DNA of 45,308 bases, filler included, from Sphacelaria rigidula (taxonomy: Eukaryota): NCBI GenBank assembly GCA_964200075.2. It is 2 parts of 2 records of this genome, joined end to end, with 100 filler letters (N's around TTAATTAATTAA, not from the genome) between each part and the next. Parts side by side here need not be neighbours in the genome. Positions count along the whole stretch, not along the records: positions 1 to 22,606 come from CAXNAA020000325.1; 1 more part is not named here. One strand, 5' to 3'. Positions 12,256 to 22,706 of the stretch are shown in pieces. The stretch's first letter is position 1. Each line of letters starts with the position of its first letter. The notes beneath the pieces were generated by a model, which saw only the letters and a program-made list of their open reading frames with translations, did not search any database and was not told the origin of the DNA. Made by a program: the position numbers and the translations under genes.

Positions 12256-14902
12256 CAGGTTTGTCGTGGCGTAGTCGATACCGTTCATCACGTTCATCAC
12301 ATGTTCAACGGCTACAAGCACAAAGTGACGGCCAATGATCGTCACGTATTTCTGCCCGTGTCCCCGCCGACCCGCCAGCTGGGAGCAACGCGGAAACAGT
12401 CTGCTCTGTTTTAGTCGTGCGGTTAATATACTACGCACCGCCGACTACACCGCTTGCCGTGCAAAACAATTGCTCTTCTGCGCTTCCGAATATATATATA
12501 TATATATATATATATCGTCGAATGAAATCAATGAGATAAATCAACGGAACAGAAGGGGCACAAACCAATTCCCAAACCCGCCAATATGACTAGGCAAAAA
12601 TATAAAGACAATCATTAAAAAGGCACTAGTTTCAACATATAATAACGTCATGTAGTTCATTATTCCCCGAAAAGACCACACCCGGCGCCACCAACGGAGC
12701 ACGGATAAGCCTAAACATACCAGTACCAGCACACCAGCGACACCACCAACAACGATCAATGATGTACCAATACCTTTATAATTGTAAGAAAATAACCAAA
12801 GCATCTGTCCCCCGAGTTGATCAGGGTTCAGGTAAAAACACGCCAATCAGATCTGCTACTGTAGCATACAGACGAAAAAAGGAAAGGAAGGAGCGATTTC
12901 AATGAGTACCGAGCGAGTGTCGAAACAACAACCCCAGACTCCCTCGACATTCTTCTACAATGGCGTTTTTTTTTTTTTTACCATGCGTCGACAAAAATTC
13001 CGTCCAATATGGTACGGCTGAGACTCAAAAGCAGGTCTACGTTTCTTGCGACGCAATCGGTAGCATTCGCGACGTCCATCGCTCTTCCACGCCTGCTAGC
13101 AATCACACAGCAGCGGCCGATTGTCGTCACGTATTCTTCATCGTCTACCCGCCAACCCTCCCGTCGAAACCGGCCTCGGAAGCGTATGGTTCATGCTTCT
13201 CGTGCGGTTGCTATACTGCACCGGCAACTGCACCGCTGCCGGTGCACATGATATATTATGCTCCTTCCAGCCTCCCCAAAAAACAAAAAGACACTAGCTA
13301 CAACAAAATAGGAGAGCTTGGTTGTCGATAGCACTTCAGCTGAAACATCTCAAACTATGTTCACCTCATCTTCTTGGCCCGCTGAAAAAAGCACCGCAGC
13401 CGGCCGAAGGCCGGCAAGGGCTTTCGTGGGATAATTTGATAATGTCCCTTGTATGCTTGATGTATGTTGTCTCATCTCTAATTTTCATATATTCCCCTGA
13501 CTCGATATACCTATCCGCCGATATATCCGCCGGCGGCGAGGGAAGTACATGTTGAAACACGTTGCTCGGGAGGCAACCTCGTGTCCAGCACATGCCGACA
13601 CAAACGGAAGGGACGTTACGGCCGCTATACGTCATATAAGAGCACACGTCAAGACCCGAGTGGATACTATCTACGATGCATAGTATCGCCATGTATCAAA
13701 AACCGCATCGACCCGTCTAGGGTGTGGCTCCTACCCGCCATGTATTTCCTTCCGAGGGCAAGTTGGCAGGGCGTGACATGATCAGGGTAGGTTACAAGGT
13801 TGTTGTCTGTGGAGGAGCGCTTTTGCAGGATGGCATCAGAATAACTGATGGCATGCCAGCGGGGATATCATAGTTGGCAACCAGAGACGTGAAACACCGT
13901 GTTGTCGGCGTGGGAACAACAAGTCAGGCACAATTGCAGTTACCGTAAGTCACGTCGAATAAGAGCAAGAGCAAGAGCAAGAGTGGTTCATGTGATGGTA
14001 GGTTTGTAGCACCAGTGTCTTCAACCGATTGTGTGTGCCCTATTTTCATCACCCTATTTTGAATTCCTCCCGTCGCTCGATTTTCCACGATGAATAGGGA
14101 GTGACTACGTTTTGTTCACCTCGGGTGCGTCTACTTTGTGACCACGCCTCGATTCCTCGGGGATCACTGAGTGTGCGACAATCACACAACACGGTAAGCC
14201 CATATGCGGCACTAGGAATAAATAAACAGATGCCACCACATGTACAAAGTAACCATGAAGCGAACGCCGAGGTCCCAAGCACTTGAGTCTGTCGACTTGC
14301 TGCAGTAAGTGCTTCCAACCGTTACTCCCGATCTCGTGTTGGGGGCTGAGTGTGGTTTGATCCTAGAGTGATTTTCCCACGTCCTCCGCACTGAGATGGT
14401 AGGTGCTATCATGTGCCGATCTTCTCGCTTGCCGGAAGCGCCATTTCCCCCGGGGTGATGTGTCCAATATGTTACTGCAAAACTTGCTTCTTTTAACGTG
14501 CTCCTGACTTGCGCTTTTTTGCTCCAACACCTCGGTTCCAGTCCATACCAAACGATCCAACTTTACCACCACCATATATTGTGGGGTGTCGTAATCGCGT
14601 GGTTGTGTGATATATCGTGACACACACTGGGGGCGGTGCCTATAGTGTATGTCCCTGCACATGTGAAGCCATATTCATTCGCAAACTCGGCATCAATTCT
14701 CGAGGCATACTATGGGGGGGCGTCAAGTAGATGGGGCGGTCCATTATGCCGTCCTGGCGGATCGTGTATTTCTTGAGGATAAATGATGTGGCCATTCATT
14801 CTACAGGAGCTGTCTACCGGAATTAGTCGGGATTGTCGTGTACCGGTGTTGAGGCGGGAGTTGAGCTTTCTATAAACTCTAACCAACGCGAAATTAATGT
14901 AT

Positions 14903-15158
14903 TTAAGACTGCTGCCGAGATAGCCCCCCCCGAACCGGCCGAAAAAGTGCACGGAGGCGATGATCGTAAATGCTGTTAGAGCTGGTTTCGTGCTTCACGG
15001 CGCGACTCATTCGGGCGTTATAGCTGATTTCGAACTGCTACAACCCGGTCATGTGGGCGGAATCGCTGCAAACGAGCCCAATACTGGGATCGCAGCCGGC
15101 TTGTCGTACGGTCTCCCGTGCACTTTTTGTGGGGGGGCTATCTCGGCATTAGTCTCAA
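14903..15158. mobile_element. MITE with about 50-bp TIRs and TTAA/TCAA ends
   Basis: Left ttaagactgctgccgagatagcccccccc...aaaaagtgcacgg; right reverse complement ttgagactaatgccgagatagcccccccacaaaaagtgcacgg. Confidence 0.75.
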
Positions 15159-16576
15159 GCATGGACTTCACCGCTCATGCGATACCGTGACTTTACCACG
15201 TCCCTACGGAATGGACAGTCCGTCGCCGATAGACATTGATACATCCTACTCTTCGATCGAGTCGACTTGAGTGAATTTCTTATCCTACATTTCAAGGTGT
15301 ATCATTTACTCATTCATCTCTCGTCTCCTGGTTTCGTTGAGTCTATGTGTGCAGAGTAGGTCTAGCATTCAGCAAGGCGCTGACTTTAGCGTCTCGCATG
15401 AAGAGGCAGGAATGCCAGTATGTGTTACTTTTGTTCTCATAACCGGTGTTTTCGAGGTGCCTTCTCCTCAGTACGTCGTATTTCTGAGCTCTCGCTTGGT
15501 GGATGGGCCGATATTGACCGAGAACAAAGTAGGATTCCGTACATTTTCGGTAGAATTGCCGACTCATTCATGGAGAGATCAAGTGTGGTTGTTTTTTGTA
15601 GTGCAGTTTCACGTGCTTGTTCGATTAGTTCACGTACTCGTGTGGTGCATGCATGTCAACGGGTTTTGCGGATACTGAAGGTTTGTATCCATCCGTCGCC
15701 GAGAATCCAACCTGCCTTCTGAGGCCCGGAGTCCTCGGGCGGTTGTGTCACTACGCACTACTACATCGGCAGCAAGTAATAATACAGAAATATTCAGTAT
15801 GGTACTTATGACGACGACCCTGAAATGCTCTCAAGCATACCACTCCTTACGATCAGATAGCTTGAGTAGAGTGGAGGTAGTTTTAGAGACACCTGTACTA
15901 TACATACATTCGAATTTTGTCAAGCTTTCTGCATGACGCAACTCACGACATCGAAGGGTGGGCTACGAATTCCTTGTAGAGGCTCGAGATCTAACTTTCA
16001 ATGACGAAAACAAATACATCTCGTAGTTTGTTTTTCGATCGATACCATTTACCCGTACTGCTGTTTTCGGCCGTAGTGTATGGCATGTGTTGGTGTTACG
16101 TTTTACATGAGCTGCCCAATCCAGTGGAGAGTCCAGTGCAGGAAATATACAGGGTTTTGCCAAGTTCACCACCAGAAAAATCAGCTGCACCACGTTCTGT
16201 TTTGGAAATGGAACGTTCGACAAAGCAAACGCCTCACAGATCTTATCACATAGTGAAGGCCCATTTAAGGTATAAACAGCCTGTGTGTGCCATGCTTCCT
16301 CGAAGTTCTGTATGTCGCGGTTGACGAACACTTGGCAATCTGGACGGCTTTTGAACCGTTTGATATCCTCAGGCAACATCAGGAGGAACTGCCTGCTTGT
16401 CTTGTTCGGCCATGTGGCAGTGGGACTGCTAGAAGCGGCCGAAATTGTGTGCGCTAAAGCCTCTCGCTCTAGGGGTGATACGAGCTTGGCAGTGCCCCTA
16501 GGAGGGCTGCTTGAAATGGCCATCAGATGGCGTGACGGGCGTCAACGTCGTGAAGGTGTCGGCGAACAGGGTTGGG

Positions 16577-18885
16577 ATGTTTGATGAAGTGAGCAAGGAT
16601 TGCGGGAACGACAACTGCTCCAAGAAGCCATCGTACGGTGTAATGGGAAGCCGGAAGGCGGAGTTCTGCGCCGCCCACGCCAGTTCGAGGATGACCACTT
16701 TGACGAGCAAGAAGTGCGGCAACGAGGGCTGCTTCAAATACCCATCTTACGGTGTAGAGGGAAGTCGGAAAAGGGAGTTCTGTGCCGTGCACGCCAGGCT
16801 GGGAATGGTGAACGTATCGAACAAAAAGTGCGGCAACGAGGGCTGCTCCAAAGTCCCGTCGTATGGTGGTAGCGGGAAGTCGGTTGGCGGAGTTCTGTGC
16901 CGACCACGCCAGGTCCGGGATGATAGATGTGAGGAGCAAGAAGTGCGGCAACGAGGGCTGCTCCAAACAATCATCTTACGGTGTTGCGGGAAGTCGGAAG
17001 GCGGAGTTCTGCGCTGATCACGCAAGGGCGGCGATGGCCAATATCGTGAGGAAGAAGTGCGGCAACGGAGACTGCTCCAAAGTTCCGTCCTACGGTGTAG
17101 CGGGAAGTCGGAAGGCGCAGTTTTGTGCTGATCACGCGAGGGTGGGGATGGCCAATGTAATGAGCAAGAAGTGCGGCGAGGGCTGCTCCAAACTCGCGTC
17201 CTACGGTGTAGCGGGAAGTCGGAAGGCGCAGTTTTGTGCCGACCACGCGAGGGTGGGGATGGCCAATGTAGTGAAGAAGTGCAGCGACGAGGGTTGCTCC
17301 AAACTCCCGTCGTACGGTGTAGCGGGAAGTCGGAAGGCGCAGTTCTGTGCCGACCACGCGAGGGTGGTGGGGATGGCCAATGTAGTGAAGAAGTGCAGCG
17401 ACGAGGGCTGCTCCAAACTCCCGTCGTACGGTTTGGCGGGAAGTCGGAAGGCGGAGTTCTGTGCTGATCACGCCAGGTCCGGGATGATGGATGTGAGGAG
17501 CAAGAAGTGCGGCAACGAGGGTTGCTCCAAACAACCATCTTACGGTATAGCGGGAAGTCGGAAGGCGAAGTTCTGTGCTGATCACGCGGGGATGGGAATG
17601 GTGGATGTGAGGAGCAAGAAGTGCAGCAACAGGGGCTGCTCCAAAGTTCCATCGTACGGTGTAGCGGGAAGTCGGTTGGCGGAGTTCTGTGCTGACCACG
17701 CCAGGTCCGGGATGATAGATGTGAGGAGCAAGAAGTGCGGCAACGAGGGTTGCTCCAAACAACCATCTTACGGTGAAGCGGGAAGTCGGAAGGCGCAGTT
17801 TTGTGCTGATCACGCGAGGATGGGAATGGTGGATGTGAGGAGCAAGAAGTGCAGCAACAAGGGCTGCTCAAAAGTTCCATCGTACGGTGTAGCGGGAAGT
17901 CGGGAAGGCGCAGTTCTGTGCTGATCACGCCAGGTCCGGGATGATAGATGTGAGGAGCAAGAAGTGCGGCAACGAGGGCTGCTCCAAACAACCATCTTAC
18001 GGTGTAGCGGGAAGGCGCAAGGCGCAGTTCTGTGCTGATCACGCGAGGGTGGGGATGGCCAATGTAGTGAGCAAGAAGTGCAGCAACGAGGGTTGCTCCA
18101 AACAACCATCTTACGGTGTAGCGGGAAGTCGGAAGGCGGAGTTCTGTGCCGACCACGCGAGGGCGGGGATTGCCAATATCGTGAGGAAGAAGTGCAGCAA
18201 CGAGGGCTGCTCCAAACTCCCGTCGTACGGTGTAGCGGGAAGTCAGAAGGCGCAGTTCTGTTCTGATCACGTGAGGGTGGGCATGGCCAATGTAGTGAGC
18301 AAGAAGTGCGGTAGCGAGTGCTGCTCGAATTGGCATGTGTACCACGTTGATGACGTCAAACAGGGTAGCGCATGCCAACATGCCGTATTTCAAGCGGCCA
18401 AGGGAGGGCAACATGGAGACATGTTAAATGTAACTTTCACCCAGGATGGACAACCCAATCATTCCACTAGTCACAAGGGTGGTGCGTGTGATGTCGGCTT
18501 CGGCTCTGTCTTGCTTGTACGGTCCGAACTTGTTGGTTCGCAGCTTCCCGAGGGCGCTGAAGGAGGACCTTTGGGGACAATACCGCACGCGAGGGTGAAG
18601 TCGGAAGAATCTTCCCCCCTTCAGCATCTGGAGCAGAGCCTGCAGATGAGGGTTTGCGTGGCCACTTACTCTGCTGAAGGTGGGAGCAGCAGGATTGGCA
18701 GTAACTCCAGAGATAGTTGTGGTGGAAGAATGAAGAAGCGGATTTGCAAGGCGCAATCTCTCGTTCGTGAACACGTTCGGCCAGAAGATGCCCCTGTGAA
18801 TTCTTCCTCGGTGGTGTTCCAAGGGAAGGAGGAAGGCTTGAAGGTGGAGCTGGCAGTTTCGGCTCCGCTGCCCCCCCTTGCGTAA
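16577..18885 (+). CDS. EsV-1-7 cysteine-rich repeat protein (putative CCCH zinc-binding array): 15 full + 1 degenerate 38-aa repeats plus a low-complexity C-terminal tail; two +1 frameshifts (16868, 17904), so either a pseudogene or sequencing error; about 768 aa if corrected
   Basis: ORFs 16511..17017, 16863..17924 and 17941..18885 join into one array of MxDVRSKKCGNEGCSKxPSYGVAGSRKAEFCADHARxG (C-x4-C-x16-C-x2-H). This is the motif of the EsV-1-7 family (Ectocarpus siliculosus virus-1 ORF7; Ectocarpus IMMEDIATE UPRIGHT). The ATG at 16577 starts the first intact unit; TAA at 18883-18885. Confidence 0.9.
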
Positions 18886-20557
18886 GTGTTCTCAACACGA
18901 ACGAGAGTGTGAGTGATTCTGACATGCTTGCTGCACGCCGACCTGTAGCTCACCGCCAGTTTTGTCGGAAGCGTTTGGTGATATATTCGCATTCGCCGCC
19001 GCAGCCCTCTTTTTCGTGCGTGTCGTTGCGGCAGGGTGGAGCTGTTCCTTGTTGTGACCATGATGATGCCTGCGCCAGAGTTCTGGTGTTTCAATTGAGT
19101 TCTTCGTGGGAGACGTAGTTGGCGCAAGTGTGTGTTGTTGTTGATGCGGGTATGAACGCTGTACAGCCTGTGCTGTGAGTACTGTACCAGCACCCTGGTC
19201 TCTATTTTCGCTCCAAAGCAATTCTGTATCGCCAATGGAATAAGCGGCTTGTCGAGGATGTCACATGTTGGTAAGAAAACGTATGACTTGTGCACTTGTC
19301 AGTTCTCAACACTTGGCAGAGGGGACATGTGAGTCAAGGGTGTCAGGCGGCTCAGCGAGGAGTGTAATTGTGGTATCGTGGGTCAGCGGGACAGGCATTT
19401 ACATGGTTCTTTAGGCGTGAGGGGCAAGTGAATACGGAGAGGAATTAAAATGAATCGTCACCAGGTCGATAGCAGCCTAGACAGTACTTCAGCGGTCGGA
19501 ACGGGGTGTGTCATCCGTTCGACATCCGTCGTTGCTACTGCCTCGTTCTCCTCTCGCTGTCTCTGGTCCTTGTCGGAGCAACAAGAGTGGTTGATCGATG
19601 TCCATTGATTTCAACGCTCGGGCTATAAGTGTATTTGTGCTACAGCCCGGGAGTAGGATCTGGACAGGGTCGCAATTTGTTCACCTGTAGTGGGACCAGC
19701 TTGTGAAGGCCTGCATCAATGCGGAGAAACATCGAATTAGGTCCGCTAACCCCTGAATCGATAGGCAAAGTTCCTGCTTCATGCTGTTGGTCCGAGAACT
19801 GGATGAGTAACTGCGGCACCCCCGAGTCGAGGGAAGGTGATCGTACGCGTGTCTCAGTTTGATCATGAATACATGGTTTGAATCCATTGTAATGCGGTGC
19901 CAATGAACGGTATTGGTGTGCTGTTCTCTGGTATATTGGTTTCATGTTGCCATGATTGAGCATGTCCTCGGCGTTCGCAGACATGAAATCGGGTTGCCGA
20001 TGTAGGGATTCGAGCAAACCTGCTGTGTTCGACTCATTTTCATGGGGGCTAACCTCGATTCTGTAGAGACCTCAACCTGTGCAAACCCGGGGGGACTCTT
20101 GCGCGAAAGTCAGATCCATGAGGACCGTTTTATAGCGTCAAAGATTCGTGAAATTGTTCTGTACACGCGTGGTCATTTTCGGAATAAGTGTGGTCTCGCG
20201 TACTTCTAGTGAAGCCGGAGAGCAGGCAGGCGCTGAATAATCCTTGGAGTACAGTACACTGTCGTATCATGATACCCTAGGGTAGTACGTACAGTGCAGG
20301 ACACTTCATCACTACAGCTCACGATGATGGCGTGTGGTGAAACACCATGTCACAGTCGGTGTTGCGAGAACAGTGATGGGTGCGCGATAAGAGTTCAGTA
20401 GTGCAAGTGCAATAGCCCAAAGTGTACGACGTGATGCACGAGACAGAACAACGCAACCCTTATGAAACCCCACAGCTTGGCATTGAAAGAGAGTATGTAT
20501 TACTGGAAGCGTTGTATCCTTGATGGGAACTCGAAACGTTTGACACGGCACTTGTCG

Positions 20558-20857
20558 CACAATGTTTTCGTGAGATTGAGAGTAGAGGATACGATCGAGA
20601 GTGGAAAGCGGTCAATTACTTAATTAATAGTTCCAGTTCCGAAATGCCCCTTCACGAGGCCCGATACGCTTTCTGCAGACTCTCGCCACTGAAGCCCTTG
20701 ATATCCCTGACGAGAATACCGTCGTGTAGCTGTAAGCACACACCAAAGCTACAGGCAAAGGAAAGCACACACCGAATGAGCAATTGGTCGAGTTGAAGCG
20801 TATGATCCAACCCACTCCCAATCAACGCTCCGTTCTCGATTGCACGAAAACATTGGT
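20558..20857 (-). mobile_element. MITE family M, copy A (about 300 bp)
   Basis: TIRs caatgttttcgtgagattgagag / ttctcgattgcacgaaaacattg; the whole element is the reverse complement of copy B. Confidence 0.85.
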
Positions 20858-20885
20858 GAACATGAATCAACTAGAAAAGACGAAT

Positions 20886-21186
20886 AGCAACGTTTTCGTG
20901 AGATTGAGAGGAGAACGCTGATTGACAGTGGCTTTGATCATTCGCTGTGACGTAGCCAATTTTTCATTCCGTGTGTGCTTTTCGTCTCCATCAATGATAT
21001 GTGCTGACAGGTACACGTCGATATCCCCCTCAGGGATCTCGAGGGCCTCAGGGGCAAGCACACCACTACAGAAAACATATCGGGCCTCGTGCAGGGGCAT
21101 TTCAAAACTGAAACGATTCATTCGCTAATTAACCGATTTTCACTCTCAATCTTATCCTCTACTCTCGATCTCACGAAAATGTTGCT
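20886..21186 (+). mobile_element. MITE family M, copy B, 4-bp TSD GAAT
   Basis: TIRs agcaacgttttcgtgagattgagag / ctctcgatctcacgaaaatgttgct; gaat at 20882-20885 and 21187-21190. Confidence 0.85.
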
Positions 21187-22606
21187 GAATTTGAAGATGT
21201 ACCTAACCTACGGGCATACGCACGCACGAAGCGTATGTTGTTCCTACTATATTTGGTTGATGTGTAGGCCGTTTCTTTCGTTGCTCCACCCCAGGGGTAG
21301 GGTTTTGCGGAGGCGGAGCGTTTGCGAAACGACTTTGAGTAGTCGTTGTCGATTATTTTTTTCAGAGGCACATGACGCTCGGCGACCTCATCACAAGAAC
21401 AATACTAAGTGCAACACATTTTCACCGCGTCGTCGGTGGTTCAAAAACTGTACGCTTGAAACTTGGAGGCGTACGTTGATCCTTTCCGAATCGGACTCCC
21501 TCTCACCAATGCCGCTTCACAGAACAAATCCCTTACCCCCCGGTTAGTCCACTACGGCCCCAAAAGGGTCACTGTAACCCTTTCGGAATCGTCGGAGAAT
21601 TGACGACTTACATTTGACGTTTTTTCGAGGAAGAAATGATTATTTTTCTACAACCTTTGAGCAAACGACTATAGCCCAAAGCGTTTGTTTCAGGCCCGTG
21701 CGAATGGAACGTGGAAGAAAAGAAGGTTGTCTATTTTACGGCTATGACGAATTGTTTGACCCGTCGGTGTTTTCTCACCCGTTAGAGTGCATGTCTGACC
21801 TTTCCTGAAGCAGTCTTCACGCCGCACCTGCAGTAGATGCTTCGTGCCGCATCATAGCAAGCCTGCGCCTAAGTTACAGTAACAAAGGCGAGGCTGACGG
21901 CGCGTGTAACTCAGTTAGGCCTCTGTCTACTATCTGTATTCGGAGACAGCCACCGTCAGGTCCTGTGGGGATGTGTCACCGATTCATTGGTCATTTGCCC
22001 GTCGACTGGGCTCCATGTGTCATACTTTTGTCATGCTTGGTATCAGGTTGATCTCAGCACGTACAGCAGCTACTAGCCTGTCGCCAATGATACAAAAAGC
22101 ATTCACGCCATCCATGGACTGCGATGTCAGAGGTGTCGCTGATCCTCGTCTAAAGTAAGCCTGACTTGCCTGCAGCTGGTGTTGCCTCGAGCATGCGCTG
22201 CAGGTGGAGAGTTCTTTTGGACCAATTTGCATGCACAATCATCATCGAACTCGGTCGGATCCTGGTGCTTGCATGTCTTCTGAGATGACTACACGGGTGC
22301 CCACGAACTGGTACCCTTCACCTGTCGACATCCACCACGTGATTCGTGACATGGTGCCCGACCCGTAGTCTACTTGCGTGCCGATGGTGTCACCCCCGGC
22401 TACGTCCCACCAAAAACAACGAAAATAGGTTTCTTGGAAGGGGTGTTATCGCGTCATGGGTTTGATCTGCACTGCAACATCAATGTGCCATGTATCCTGG
22501 TTTGGCTCTTGCACTCTTTCGCTCTATCATCTACTTACCATACAACAGCCGATTTTATATTTTGGGGTTCAAACAAAATATGGGGCTGAAGTGGCATATC
22601 TGTCTT

Positions 22607-22706
22607 NNNNNNNNNNNNNNNNNNNNNNNNNNNNNNNNNNNNNNNNNNNNTTAATTAATTAANNNNNNNNNNNNNNNNNNNNNNNNNNNNNNNNNNNNNN
22701 NNNNNN
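22607..22706. other. Assembly gap with artificial six-frame-stop linker
   Basis: 44 N + ttaattaattaa + 44 N = exactly 100 bp. Confidence 0.95.

Noticed and set aside
16747-18414. 555-aa and 280-aa minus-strand repetitive ORFs
   Set aside because: Antisense shadows of the EsV-1-7 array
16577-18885. Integrated phaeovirus genome
   Set aside because: No other NCLDV-like genes or gene-dense intronless region nearby; EsV-1-7 genes are also a host-expanded family
19640-20017. 125-aa minus-strand ORF (also 5842..6438, 15963..16523, 22020..22238)
   Set aside because: No recognisable motif, no coherent splice pattern
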